From Rhizaria sp. SCN 62-66 (taxonomy: Eukaryota): 35,279 bases of DNA. Of the stretch, positions 1-10,500 are shown in pieces. Both the position numbers and the translations under genes were made by a program. The notes beneath the pieces are model-generated. The model was given only the letters and a program-made list of their open reading frames with translations, did no database searches and had not been told where the DNA came from. Location: positions 62,001 to 97,279 of the forward strand of contig MEDY01000209.1 in assembly GCA_001724265.1 (NCBI GenBank), written 5' to 3'. The number at the start of each line of letters is the position of its first letter. Position 1 is the stretch's first letter.

Positions 1-3000
1 GACGACAGCCATGATGCCCTCACGCGCGCGCAGCCGCGGCGGCACGGCGTCAAGCGCAACGACTGCAGCGCCCGCGGCGGTGGCGGACTCGGCCGCAGCA
101 CTGCGCACGGTTGCAGCGGCAAGCCACACGCGCGCGCCCGGCGTCAGCGCCGGCGCCCAGGCCAGCGCGGGGCCGCGCAGCAGCAGAACGTCCCCGCGCG
201 CGCCGGCGGGCGTGGCCAGCAGCACGGCGCACACGCACGCGCTCTCGAGCTCGCAGTCCGCGTCCGTGTCACTGCCGGAGTCAGTCGCGTTGTGCGCTGC
301 GCGTGCAAGAGGGTGCGAGTGCGCGTTGGTGAAAACATGCAGCGGCGGACTCACACTAAGCACGGTGACCGCGATCGCACTCTCTGCACCATCCGCCGCG
401 GCAGCGCTGTCTGCGGCGGCGGCGCAGAGCGCGGGCGCCGGCAGCAGCAGCGGAGCCGGCAGCGCGAGCAGCGCGGCCTGCACGGCCAGCGCCAGCAGAG
501 GGGCGCGCCACCAGCGCAGCCGCCGCGCGAGCCGCAGCGCTGCGTCCGCATCAAGAGAGACAGCAGTGCGGGCGGCAACTGGAGCGGCAGAGACTGCAGA
601 GGCGCTCTCAGTGTCGGCAGCGACCTGGTTATTGTTACTGCACTTATCGTTTCCAGCTGTTGCAGCAGTCGTCGCAACAACCATGCGTGCGCAGCTCACG
701 TCGATGATGAGCGAGAGCACGCACGCGTCGCCATCGCTGTCGCCGTCGCTGTCGCCGTTCCAGCCACGCTCGCCTCTGGGGCGCTGTTGACTGACTCCGC
801 GGCTCAGGAAACTGGCGACGCCGGCGCGCAGCAGCGGCTCCCTGGGCGGCACAGTGGCGACAATGCGCCAGCGCGGGCACACCGCAACCACGGCCGCTGC
901 GGGGGTGCCGGCGCTGCAGATGCCGTCATTTGCGCCGTTGCGAGGCCCTCGCTGGCGGGGCGACAGCGTGCGCAGCGCACACATCCACGGCCCCCCGCGC
1001 GATATGCCAACACTCTCGCGGTCACTGCTCGCAAACTGCACCGGAATCGCGAGTCCGTCGCAGCACGCGACCAGCGCTCCGTGCGCGGGGCTGGCCCGCA
1101 GCAACACCACCAGCGGCGCCGCCGTGACAGGCCCACGCCCACCGGCACCGCCCTCGGCAACAGTGCGATTGAGCGCCAGCGCAGCGGCGTCGGAGGAGAG
1201 GGAGCGGAAGCGCCAGCGCAGCGCGCCGAGAGCGGCCCGCGAGGCGGCGGCAGAGGGCAGCAGCGCGGCAACCGCGGCCGCCAGACAGGCGCCCGGGGCC
1301 GGCGCGGGCGCCGCCGCAAACGAGGACGACTCAGCCACGGTCGCAGCGACGGTCGCCGTCGCAGTTGCGGTGTGCGTGGACGCGGTTTGCGTGGACGCGG
1401 TGTGCAAGGACGCGGGGAGGAAGAGCGACGGCGCCCAGAGTGAGCGTAGCGGCAGCGGGGGCAGGTGCGGCGGCAGCAGCGCAAGCCACGCGCTGCTGTC
1501 GCGCGCGGGCCGGAGTGCGGGCCACTGCGCGGGCCACAGCGCGGGCCGCAGCGCGCATGCGGCGCGGCAGCCGCTCTCGCTGTGGCGAGCCAGGCCGCGC
1601 CACGCGCGGTGGCGCAGCAGCAGCGACAGCGGCAGCAGCGGCGGCGGCGCAGCAGTCGTGGCAGCGACGACGAGTTCGCAGTTGTTGCTGCCGCTGTCAG
1701 GGTGCAGGGCCGCGCCGCACGCGACCCGACGCGACGACTCCAGGAAGAGTGCGGAGTCCTCCTCCGTCGCCTCCTTGCAGACGCGCACGCGCACACGCAC
1801 AGGCGCATCATCACCGCTGCCGGAGGTGTTGGAGACTGTGACCGTGTGAGCGCCAACTGTCGTCTTCTCGAGGCGCAGTGCACGACGCACGGCGGACTCT
1901 GCAGCTGCAGCCGCAGCACCCACATCAGTGCCATAGCCGACAGCTGCTCCCGCCGACAAAGCGCGCGCAGTCGCGGCCGCGCAGAGCTCCGCCACCGCCT
2001 GCGCCGCGGCGGCGTCGCCAGCGGCCGCGGCAGCAGCGGCGAGCGCGGCAGCGCTGGCTTCGCCCTCAGCCACAAACAGCACTGGCATCAGCGCAGTCCG
2101 CAGCAGCGGCGGCGACTGCGACAGCAGCTGCGGCCGCGGTTTGGGGAGAGACAGCAGCGCGACGGCGGCGAATACACCCGCGACGAGCGCTGTCGCGGCG
2201 CCGCCCAGCACAGGCACCGCGCGCGCGCCCAGCAGCGCGACGCGCGCGCCCGCGGGGACGCTGCCAAGCTGAGCGGCGAGGCGCGCGGGCAGCAGCAGCA
2301 CCGCCGGGCCCGCGCGCGCCCGCAGCAGCCACGCGTTGGGCGCCAGCGCGGGCCCCAGCTCCAAAGAAAGCCACCGCGCGCTCAGCGGCGCAGGGGTGGA
2401 CGCAGCAGGCACGGTTGAATTGACAGCAGTCGCAGTGTTGCGGCGCGGCGGGGTGGTGAGCGCAGTTGTCGGGGTTTGCAGTGCGACAGCGCCACTGCCG
2501 CACTCTGCGTCGGTTCGGTGACTCGCGGCCCCAAGTGGGGTAAACGCATGTGCCGTGCGCGCGCGCTTGGTCCGCGGCCCGGCCGACTGCGGCGTCGCGC
2601 CGGCCGCCGCAGTCGCGGCAAACGGGGACTGCAGCGCCGGCGACTGCGGCGCCGGGGACCACTGACCCAGCCGGATCGCGGGCGCGGAGCCGAACTGCCT
2701 GTCGTCGATTGCGCCGGTGGGCGCGCGCATCGCCACAGCGTCGGCGTCGACTTCGTCATCGTCGTCGCCGTCGTCGTCGTTACCGTCGTTGTCGTTGTAC
2801 GTCGAGCCGTAACGCAGTGCGCGGGCGTCGCGGCTCCTGCGGCGCCGCCCCGCGCCAGGCGCCGGCGTCACCGGCATGCCAGGAGATTGAGACTGTAACC
2901 GCGACTGCATCTGCAGCGGCTGGTCCGGCGAAAACGGCGCCAGGGCAGACGCGGGCACGCCACCCGCCCCGGGGCCGCCACGCTGACGCGCCTGCGCCTG

Positions 3001-5385
3001 CGCCTGTGCCTGCAAGTGCGGCTGCGGGTGCGGGTGCGGCTGCGCGAGCGAGGGCGCGAAGAGCGCGGCGGGCAGCGGCACCGTGCCCCAGTGCGCCGCC
3101 AGCGCCGTCAGCTGCGCGCTCGCCACCGCCCCTTGGACCGTCTGCGCCTGCGCCTGCGCTGGTGGCTGGGGGTGTGAATGCACGTGAGCCTGAGAGCCGT
3201 CGCCGCGGGAGGACAGCGCGCTGAGAGCGGCCGACAGCGGCTCGGGCCCCAGAGCCTGCAGCGCAGCCGCAAAGCCCGCTGTCGCATCCGCGCTGCTGCT
3301 GCTGCCGGCGGTCTGGTTGGCAGCGCTCGGGTTCTTGTCGCTGCCCGTAGAGCCAGCGTTGGCTTGGGGATCAGCGTCTTGGTGCAGCTCTGAGGGCGCA
3401 GTCGCAATAAACACTGGGACTGTGTTGGCCTTCGCGCCCTTGTTTGCGGGACTGCTGCCGCCCGCGTAAGCCAGCACCGAGCTGCTGCTCAGCGACGCGG
3501 AGGGGGCGAGCGCGGGAAACAGGTACGCGGCCCCGGGCAGCAGCAGCGGCCGCAGCGCGCACAGAGAAAGCGTCCTGAACGCCAGCACCACGCATCCCGC
3601 GTCGTCGCCGTCGCCGTCCTCTCCGTCCGCCGCGTCGTCTCCATCTCCAAACGCGGCGCCGGGGCCGTGGCCGTTGCCGCGGCGCGGTCGCGGGGGGAAG
3701 GGCAGCGGCCGCACGAGCGCCATGAAGCCCCAGTCGTCCTTGGTGCGGAACGCGGGCGACACCGCCACCACGCGGCCAAACACGCTCACCAGCAGCGCCC
3801 CCGCGCCCACACCGGCACTGACGCTGGTGTTACTGGCGTTGCCGGCGTTGGCGGTGAGTGCGAGCGCGAGCGTGTGGCGCAGCGCGGCGGGCGCGGCGGG
3901 CAGTGGCACCGGGGCGAGTCGGCTCGTGCCCAGCCGCACCGGCACCGGCGCGGCCGCAGACGCCGGCGCAACCGCAGGCGCAGGCGCAGACACCGGTGCG
4001 GGTGTTACGCGGCAGCAGCGCTGGCAGCGACTGCGCCGCCGCAGCGCCAGCGCCAGGGCCCACTGCAGCAGCGCGGCGCGCTCGGCGGGGCGCGCCGCGG
4101 GGCCCGGCAGCGGCACCAGCGCGTGCAGCGGCGCCACCACGCGCGGGCCGGAGCCGCGCGCACTGCTAGAAGCGGCCCCTGTCGTGGCGTGGACTGTGGC
4201 GTCGGCTGCGCCGGCCGGCGAGGCCTCGGGCGTGCCGGTCGGCTGCGCACTCGCCTGCTGCGCACACGTGCTCTCGGGCGCGGGCGTGGGCACGCTGAGG
4301 CGGTACGAACGCACGAGCACAACGCGCCCCAGCAGCAGCACCGCGTTGGCAGCAGCGTCTGTCGCAGCAGCAGCAGCAGCAGCAGCAGCGGCGTCGGCGC
4401 CAGGAGTGCTGCAACCGCGGTTGCCCTGACAGGCGCAGTCGCATGCGTCATGATTATTACCATCGCTGTCGTCGTCACCGCCGTAGTCGTCGTCGTCATC
4501 ATCGCCGTCGATGTCAGCTCCTACGCAGCCACAGCAGCCTACTTCGCTCACCGCCGCAGGTGTTGTAGTTGCAGGCGCAATTGCAGTTGCCGTCGCGCAC
4601 GCGACCGCGCACGCGGCGCACTGCAGCGCGCGGCGCGGCGCGAGCCCGGTGACAACAAGCGGGACCGCGCCCGTGGCGTCGGCGAGCCAGAGCCGGTCTC
4701 CGGCCTGCCGCGCGCGCCGCCGCAGCTGCCGCAGCAGCTCCCGCGAGGGGGCCTGGGTCGGTCGGCCGCAGAGACGGGCCAGTGCGCGCACGGCACGGTC
4801 GGGCGCGCTCGTCACCACGCCCACTAGCGCGCGCAGCGGCCGCCGCGGGGAAGCTGCGGAGGCTGCAGTGGCTGGGACAGAGGCGGACGCAGACGAGGAG
4901 ACTGCGGGTTGCTGCGGGGGATAGCCGTTGGGGCGAGAAGAAGGGGGCAGCTGGGGGCAGTAGAGGTCCAAGAGGCTCGGGAACTGAGAAGACGCGTGCA
5001 CTGCAACATGTTCATCGGTAACAGCAGCTTGAGCGCCGGGCGCGTCAGTCGCAGAGGCAGCGGCAGAGCCATCGGCGGCGTTCGCAGTCGTGCCCGCAGC
5101 GGCGGCGAGCGTGAGGTCAGCGCGCGCGAAGTCCCCTGGCGAGGCGAAGGTTGCGTCCGCAAGGCGCGGCGCGTCGGGGAATAGAAAGGCGCCGGTGCGG
5201 CCGTCTGCAAGCAGCGCAGCGGCGGCAGCAAGCCAGATCCTGTCCGCGGCGTCGTTGGGCGGGAACTGGCGGCGCATCGCTGTGAGTAGCCGCGCTAGCC
5301 ACTCGGGGACCGACACCGCGGCGCCCGATGATAGCGACGCAAGATGCCGTCGCAGCGCCGACTGCGTCTCCGCTGCGGTTCGCAT
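1..5385 (-). CDS. CTC1: CTC1-like (CST complex large subunit) multi-OB-fold protein with long Ala-rich insertions; 3'-partial, >1790 aa
   Basis: ATG at 5385 (MRTAAETQSALRRHLASL...), with an upstream in-frame TAG at 5589-5587. The ORF track lists no minus-strand ORF in this frame over 1-5385, consistent with a stop-free frame leaving the window; the long + strand ORFs are its antisense shadows. Segments occur in CTC1 order: LWLADATGAVPLVV (~4650-4692; cf. human LYVRDNTGVLSCEL), VSVFGRVVAVSPAF (~3750-3790), RPLLLPGAAYLFPAL (~3510-3550; cf. RALRPGTAYVLTEL), VPAGARVALLGARAVPVLGG..LVAGVFAAVALLSL (~2150-2260; cf. MRPGVCLQLQDVHLL..LAPCLRGAVLLQSF), WRFRSL..LVVLRASPAHGALVACCDGLAIPV (~1040-1215; cf. 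[25 protein letters not shown]). The CDS is well supported; the identity is moderate. Confidence 0.6.
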   Translation of the reverse strand, partial: MRTAAETQSALRRHLASLSSGAAVSVPEWLARLLTAMRRQFPPNDAADRIWLAAAAALLADGRTGAFLFPDAPRLADATFASPGDFARADLTLAAAAGTTANAADGSAAASATDAPGAQAAVTDEHVAVHASSQFPSLLDLYCPQLPPSSRPNGYPPQQPAVSSSASASVPATAASAASPRRPLRALVGVVTSAPDRAVRALARLCGRPTQAPSRELLRQLRRRARQAGDRLWLADATGAVPLVVTGLAPRRALQCAACAVACATATAIAPATTTPAAVSEVGCCGCVGADIDGDDDDDDYGGDDDSDGNNHDACDCACQGNRGCSTPGADAAAAAAAAAATDAAANAVLLLGRVVLVRSYRLSVPTPAPESTCAQQASAQPTGTPEASPAGAADATVHATTGAASSSARGSGPRVVAPLHALVPLPGPAARPAERAALLQWALALALRRRSRCQRCCRVTPAPVSAPAPAVAPASAAAPVPVRLGTSRLAPVPLPAAPAALRHTLALALTANAGNASNTSVSAGVGAGALLVSVFGRVVAVSPAFRTKDDWGFMALVRPLPFPPRPRRGNGHGPGAAFGDGDDAADGEDGDGDDAGCVVLAFRTLSLCALRPLLLPGAAYLFPALAPSASLSSSSVLAYAGGSSPANKGAKANTVPVFIATAPSELHQDADPQANAGSTGSDKNPSAANQTAGSSSSADATAGFAAALQALGPEPLSAALSALSSRGDGSQAHVHSHPQPPAQAQAQTVQGAVASAQLTALAAHWGTVPLPAALFAPSLAQPHPHPQPHLQAQAQAQARQRGGPGAGGVPASALAPFSPDQPLQMQSRLQSQSPGMPVTPAPGAGRRRRSRDARALRYGSTYNDNDGNDDDGDDDDEVDADAVAMRAPTGAIDDRQFGSAPAIRLGQWSPAPQSPALQSPFAATAAAGATPQSAGPRTKRARTAHAFTPLGAASHRTDAECGSGAVALQTPTTALTTPPRRNTATAVNSTVPAASTPAPLSARWLSLELGPALAPNAWLLRARAGPAVLLLPARLAAQLGSVPAGARVALLGARAVPVLGGAATALVAGVFAAVALLSLPKPRPQLLSQSPPLLRTALMPVLFVAEGEASAAALAAAAAAAGDAAAAQAVAELCAAATARALSAGAAVGYGTDVGAAAAAAESAVRRALRLEKTTVGAHTVTVSNTSGSGDDAPVRVRVRVCKEATEEDSALFLESSRRVACGAALHPDSGSNNCELVVAATTAAPPPLLPLSLLLRHRAWRGLARHSESGCRAACALRPALWPAQWPALRPARDSSAWLALLPPHLPPLPLRSLWAPSLFLPASLHTASTQTASTHTATATATVAATVAESSSFAAAPAPAPGACLAAAVAALLPSAAASRAALGALRWRFRSLSSDAAALALNRTVAEGGAGGRGPVTAAPLVVLLRASPAHGALVACCDGLAIPVQFASSDRESVGISRGGPWMCALRTLSPRQRGPRNGANDGICSAGTPAAAVVAVCPRWRIVATVPPREPLLRAGVASFLSRGVSQQRPRGERGWNGDSDGDSDGDACVLSLIIDVSCARMVVATTAATAGNDKCSNNNQVAADTESASAVSAAPVAARTAVSLDADAALRLARRLRWWRAPLLALAVQAALLALPAPLLLPAPALCAAAADSAAAADGAESAIAVTVLSVSPPLHVFTNAHSHPLARAAHNATDSGSDTDADCELESACVCAVLLATPAGARGDVLLLRGPALAWAPALTPGARVWLAAATVRSAAAESATAAGAAVVALDAVPPRLRAREGIMAVV

Positions 5386-5435
5386 GGGCCCGACGGAGAA
5401 ACTGACAGCGGCACGCGGAGAGGCCAAGGTCAGTG

Positions 5436-5491
5436 CTGGGGCGAAGATGACAAAGGCGCGAAATGGACTTGAGGTGGAACTGATTTGTGAG
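5436..5491 (-). promoter_or_regulatory. 3' splice acceptor-like module upstream of the CTC1-like gene
   Basis: CTCACAAATC...CATTTCGCGCCTTTGTCATCTTCGCCCCAG; putative branch A 5488, CAG ends at 5436, no ATG before 5385. Confidence 0.55.
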
Positions 5492-5885
5492 TGTGCAGAA
5501 AGGTATGACAAAAGTGTTATGTCGTAAAAACAAAGTATCGTGTATAAAACATCACTGGTAATGAGAATACAGCGATTGAATTTTCCCTACTTGCGTATAG
5601 AAAGACGTAGACGTTCAAGAAGGCGTACAGATCTTTGAGAGCGTGGGCGCGTTTGGATGGTCGACACCGCTCGGCACCCATTGGAGCACTCGAAAATCTT
5701 GGTGAATTCGGTCAAAAAACCGTTACTGCGGGTGATTCTCTGCTGTTTAAGTTTATTCGCGGTTTTATATTCAGGAATAATTTTTATAATGTGAAAGCAC
5801 TTCGTTCAGTGCGTAATATCACAATGAGCACACAAAAAAGCACGTGCTGTTCAACGCACGCCTGCCGACTCCCCCTTATGTGTGA

Positions 5886-5935
5886 CTCACGCTCTTCCCG
5901 TGCTTTTTCCTTTTATTTTACCCCGCTGTGTGCAG
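5886..5935 (+). promoter_or_regulatory. 3' splice acceptor-like module upstream of hemF
   Basis: CTCACGCTCTTCCCGTGCTTTTTCCTTTTATTTTACCCCGCTGTGTGCAG, followed by CT and the ATG. Confidence 0.65.
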
Positions 5936-5937
5936 CT

Positions 5938-7224
5938 ATGCTGCGTTCTCTTAAGCTTGCCCGGACGGCCTCGCCCCTGCACGCCGGTCTCCGCGCCTTT
6001 TCGGCCGCTTCCGCGCCCAAGTTCACGACGACGGAGGCGTACGCGCCCTTCCTGGCCGAGTACACGCCGCGCGAGAGCTCCTACGCGCGCACGCAGGCGC
6101 TGTCTGACGCGATGTACGCAGAGCATGCTATCGCACCCGGCCAGGACCTTGCGACGTCGGCGACAATGCGCCGCATGGAGGTCTTCATCCGGCAGCTGCA
6201 GCGCACCATCACTGGCCACCTGGAGCAGATCGAGAGCGAGAACCCGTCCCCCGCGTGCCTGCACACGCACGGCCGCGCGGGACGCCGCTTCTCCTTTGAG
6301 CCGCACGCGCGCGACCCCGCGACGGGGATGCGCGGCGGCGGCGTCGCGGCCGTGCTGCAGGACGGCGCCGTGTGGGAGAAGGCTGGCGTTAACGTCTCGA
6401 TCATGTCGGGCGCCATGCAGTACCGCGCGCTGCAGAACATGCGCGCCGACCACAAGGCGCTCGACGAGCGACTGCGCGCGTCCGGTGCGGCCGACGGCGC
6501 CGTGTTCCCGTTTGCGGTGAGCGGCATCTCGCTCGTGCTGCACCCGCACTCGCCGCGCGCGCCGACTGTGCACGCCAACTTCCGCCTCTTCGAGCTCACT
6601 GTTGCCGGCGCGCCCGTGTGGTGGTTCGGCGGCGGCGCGGACCTTACGCCCACGCTCGTGCACGACGCCGACGCGCGCCACTTCCACTCGGTGCTGCGCC
6701 AGGCCTCGGACGCTGCCGAGCCCGCCGCGGCGGCGGCCGCCGCGGGCCAGCCAAGCGGCAGCAAGGTGTTGTTCCCGCGCTTCAAGAGCTGGGCGGACGA
6801 GTACTTCCGCATCCCGCACCGCGACAACGAGTGCCGCGGCATCGGCGGCATCTTCTTTGACGACCTGGACTCGGCCGCGGCGGGCGGTGCCTCGCAGGAC
6901 GAGCTGTTCCGCTACGTGACCGGCTGCGGCGACGCCTTCTGCGCGGCCTACTTCCCGCTCGTGCGCGCGCACGCGGGCGAGGCCTTCACCGAGCAGGAGC
7001 GGCGCTTCCAGCAGCTGCGCCGCGGGCGCTACGTCGAGTTTAACGTCATGTATGACCGCGGCACCAAGTTCGGGCTGCAGATGCCGCGCTCGGCCGAGGT
7101 CAAGACCGAGTCGATCCTCATGTCGCTGCCGCTGACGGCGCGCTACGAGTACCGTTACGAGCCCCAGGGGCCCGCCGAGACGCGCACGATGGACATCCTG
7201 CGCAACCCCGTAGACTGGGTTTGA
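5938..7224 (+). CDS. hemF: Oxygen-dependent coproporphyrinogen III oxidase with predicted mitochondrial presequence (428 aa)
   Basis: Motifs WEKAGVNVS, GISLVLHPHSPRAPTVHANFR, WWFGGGADLTP, RGIGGIFFDDL, QLRRGRYVEFNVMYDRGTKFGL and ESILMSLPLTARYEY. Start moved from the track's 5635 to ATG 5938, where GC-rich codon usage begins; MLRSLKLARTASPLHAGLRAFS is Arg/Ser/Leu-rich and acid-free. Confidence 0.95.
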   Translation: MLRSLKLARTASPLHAGLRAFSAASAPKFTTTEAYAPFLAEYTPRESSYARTQALSDAMYAEHAIAPGQDLATSATMRRMEVFIRQLQRTITGHLEQIESENPSPACLHTHGRAGRRFSFEPHARDPATGMRGGGVAAVLQDGAVWEKAGVNVSIMSGAMQYRALQNMRADHKALDERLRASGAADGAVFPFAVSGISLVLHPHSPRAPTVHANFRLFELTVAGAPVWWFGGGADLTPTLVHDADARHFHSVLRQASDAAEPAAAAAAAGQPSGSKVLFPRFKSWADEYFRIPHRDNECRGIGGIFFDDLDSAAAGGASQDELFRYVTGCGDAFCAAYFPLVRAHAGEAFTEQERRFQQLRRGRYVEFNVMYDRGTKFGLQMPRSAEVKTESILMSLPLTARYEYRYEPQGPAETRTMDILRNPVDWV

Positions 7225-7566
7225 GCGCGCCGAGGCCCACAAGGCAAACAGTCACCGCGATTGATTGATCGGTCGATCGACTGATGGCGTGAAGAAATGA
7301 GATGTTTGTACGGTTTGTTTGTTGAGTGATATTTTATTGTATGAAGGCCTGAACTGCTGAGGCATCGCCAGCATTTTACGCAAGACAAAGACAGAAAAAA
7401 GAAAATAAAATATGCTATTGTTTTGTATTCTACGTAGTTTAAGTTATAATAATAACAACTCCGCATCGACGAACTTCTAAAAGACCCAATGCTTCGTCAT
7501 TGTGTAATCTGCAAGCTCCCAGAGCTCACGCACCAGTCGTCAGTGTCGCTCTGTCTCCTCTCAGTC

Positions 7567-10500
7567 TCAGTCGGTGAAGCCGTGGAAAGCAATCGAGTCG
7601 ACAGGATCGCGCGACGTGGAGCCGGGGCCCGAGCCGTCGCCGCCGGAGCCGACGCCGCCACGGACGCCGACGCCGTCGCTGGCCCTGCTGCTGGCCCCGC
7701 TGGCGGCGTCGGGGACGGAGCCCGCGGCCGAGCCTGCACCGCTGCGGGGGCACACGAGCGACAGCCGCCCCGCGCCGCCCGCGCCCCCCGCGGCGGCGGC
7801 GGCGGCGGCGGCGGCGCGTGCGCCGTTCTCCGAGGCCGCGTCCGGCGAGGCCTGCGGTTGCCGCGGCTCCAGCCCGCAGCCCACGAAGGGCGTCATGGCC
7901 CCGCTGCTGAGCCCGCCGCCCGCGGCGCCGCGGCCGCCGTGGCCGCCGCTGTAGCCGCCGCTGTAGGCGCAGCTGTTGGGGCTGGGGCTGGGGCTGGCGC
8001 TGGCGCCGTCGAAGTCGCTCGTGGTGCCTGCCACGGCCACCGCGCCCGCGCCCAGGCCGTCCGCGCCCAGGCCGTCAGCGGCGGACACAATCGCCGGGAA
8101 GGCAAAACGCGGCGCCTGCTGTTGCTGCTGCTGCTGCTGGATCAAGAGCCGCTGCTTCTGGCGCTGTGCGCGGCGGCGCGGCGTGCGCATCGTGGCGCCG
8201 GCGTCGTCGTCGCAGCCTTCGCAGCCGCCCACCGCGGACCCCGGCTCCGCTGTGATCAGCGAGTACTCGCCCCCGCCACCACCGCCCGCAGCGCCCGCGC
8301 CCGCGCCCGCGGCGCTGGGGACGGCGCTAACGCCGGGGAGCGCGGCGGGCGCGATGTAGGTGCTGCCCGCGTCGCCGACCTGCAGCGAAAGGCCGAGCGA
8401 CCGGGAACGGCTGACGTCGGACGCGGTCGCGGCGGTCGCAGCGGCCGAGTTTGCGCCGCAGCGGCCCACGCACACGCCTGCGCCCGCGCGCGCAGAGCCA
8501 GCACTCGCGCTCACAGCGGCGTTGCCAGTGCCAGCGCCAGCGCCAGAGCCTTGCGCGGGCAGCGCCGAGGCGTCGTAGAGCGCGCGCGCCCAGGCGGCCC
8601 GGTGCGCGGCGGCGTTGTCGGCGGCGACGGCCGTGTCGGCGAGCACGCGCGATGCCCAGCGCCAGTAGCCGTTGCGCGTGCGCAGCGACAGCAGGGCCAG
8701 CTGCGCCGCCGCGGGCGCGGGCTGCCCCTCGGCCGCGGCCGCCGCGACGGCAGCCAGCGCGGCCGCGGTGGTGCCCGCGGTGGCCGGGGAGCCCGTGGCG
8801 CTGCCCAGGCGCCCGCGCAGCGCCAGGAAGCGCTCCGTGGAGGTGCTCTTGAGCGCGAGCGCGAGCGCGGCCGCCGTCTGCTCCGCGGACCAGGGGTTCG
8901 CGCGGTGCACGCCCACGAGCGCGCGCGCGCATGACAGGAACTCCGACACGACGATGGGCGACGGCGCGGGCAGCGCGGCGGCCGCGGGCGGCGGGCGCTG
9001 GCTCCACTCGGCGGCCTGGCGCTCACGCTCTGCCGCCGCCGCCGCCGCGCGGTCCTTGCTGTCGCCCGCGCCCGGCGCGGCGGGCACGCCGGCGGCGGCC
9101 GCGGCGGCCGCGGCGGCCGCGGCCAGCGAGGACGAGCCGCCGCCGCCGCCACTAGCGCCGCCGTTGAGGCTCGGCGGCGGCGCCGAGACGCCGTACACCG
9201 CGGCCTGCGCGGCGGAGACCTCAAGCGGCGCCGTATTGACGCCGTCCCAGAAGGGCGCCACGAGCAGGACGTCGGCGCAGAGGTACAGCGGCAGCACGCC
9301 GGACAGCGACAGGTGCTGCCGCGAGGGCGGGCGCGCGCCCGCGGGCCCGTCCAGGTCGGCCTCGCAGCCGGGCTCAGGCGGCGCCAGCGCCAGCACGGAT
9401 TCGAGCGATGGGAACGCCGCGTCGCCGGGGATCGCGGCGGCAGCGGCGGCAGTGCCGGCAGACGCAGTGCAGCCCGGGCTGCCGAGGCCGCTGCCGTAGC
9501 CGCCGCTGCCATAGCTGCCGCCGCCGCGGGAAGTGAGAGCGGCCGTGGCCGCCGCAGTCGCCGCAGCCGTGACCGCCGCGGCAGGCGGCGCGGCGGCGTC
9601 CGTCGAGAGGTCGACGACGACGACGGCGTCTGGGCCGAAGCGCGCGCGCACCAGCGCGACCTCGGCGAGCGCGGCCTCGCGCGCAGGCGCCGCGAGTACC
9701 GGCGGCCCCGAGGCGGGCAGCAGCACCAGCAGCAGGCGCGTGACCCCGCGCAGCGGCGCGTGGAAGGTCAGCAGCGCGCGGAAGTCGCGGACCTGGAGGT
9801 GAACCGACTTGACGACCGAGACCTCGGAGACGGCCAGCACGAGCGCCTCGCCGCGCGGACACAGCGCGCGTCGCAGCCGCCGCGCCGTTGCGCCGACGGC
9901 GGGCGCGCGCGCGGCGGCGGCGAGCGCGTGCGAGTGCACGCCCACGTGCGCGTTGAGCACGGCGACGATGCGGCCCGAGCGCGTGCGCACGCCCATGAGG
10001 CCGCGCGGCAGCGCGCAGACCTGGAGCGAAAGCACGCGCTGGCACGAGGCGAGGAAGTGCCGCGCGAAGTCGAAGGCGTGGAAACCCAGCAGGTCGGCCG
10101 CGAGCATGGCCGAGAGCAGCGTCTCGCGCCACGGCAGCGCGCGGAACAGGTCCGACGAGGGGAACGGCGCGTGCAGGAAGCAGCACAGCCGCGTCCCCGC
10201 GAACACCGCCGCTGCGGTCGCCGCCGTGGCGGCCGAGGCCGCGGACGACTGAGTCGCGCTCGCGCCGGCGCGGTCACTGGTCGAATTGCTATTGGAGTTC
10301 GAGGCGGCACTCGTGGGGACGAGGGGCGGGGGCGCGGCGAGCAAGGGCCGGAGGTCGGCGCAAAGCCGGAGCAGGTGGTAGTTGTGTGCCCACACCGTGC
10401 CGGGCTCCAGCGATACCACGGCGGAGGCAGCCGCGGAGGCAGTAGCCGCCGCCGTCGGCTCTGCAGCCCCGGTCCCTGTCCCGGCCGCCGCAGTCGCAGT

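Noticed and set aside
11-5527. Many long + strand ORFs (e.g. 292-1443, 854-1849, 3667-4827)
   Set aside because: They are antisense shadows of the minus-strand CTC1-like frame: Arg/Ser/Ala-rich with no motifs. The same holds for long overlapping ORFs elsewhere, such as 9313-11442, 22768-24606 and 29292-32375.
5635-5937. 101-aa N-terminal extension of HemF in the ORF track
   Set aside because: It starts at TTG, is AT-rich with non-coding composition, and spans the acceptor-like module. ATG 5938 gives a clean presequence.
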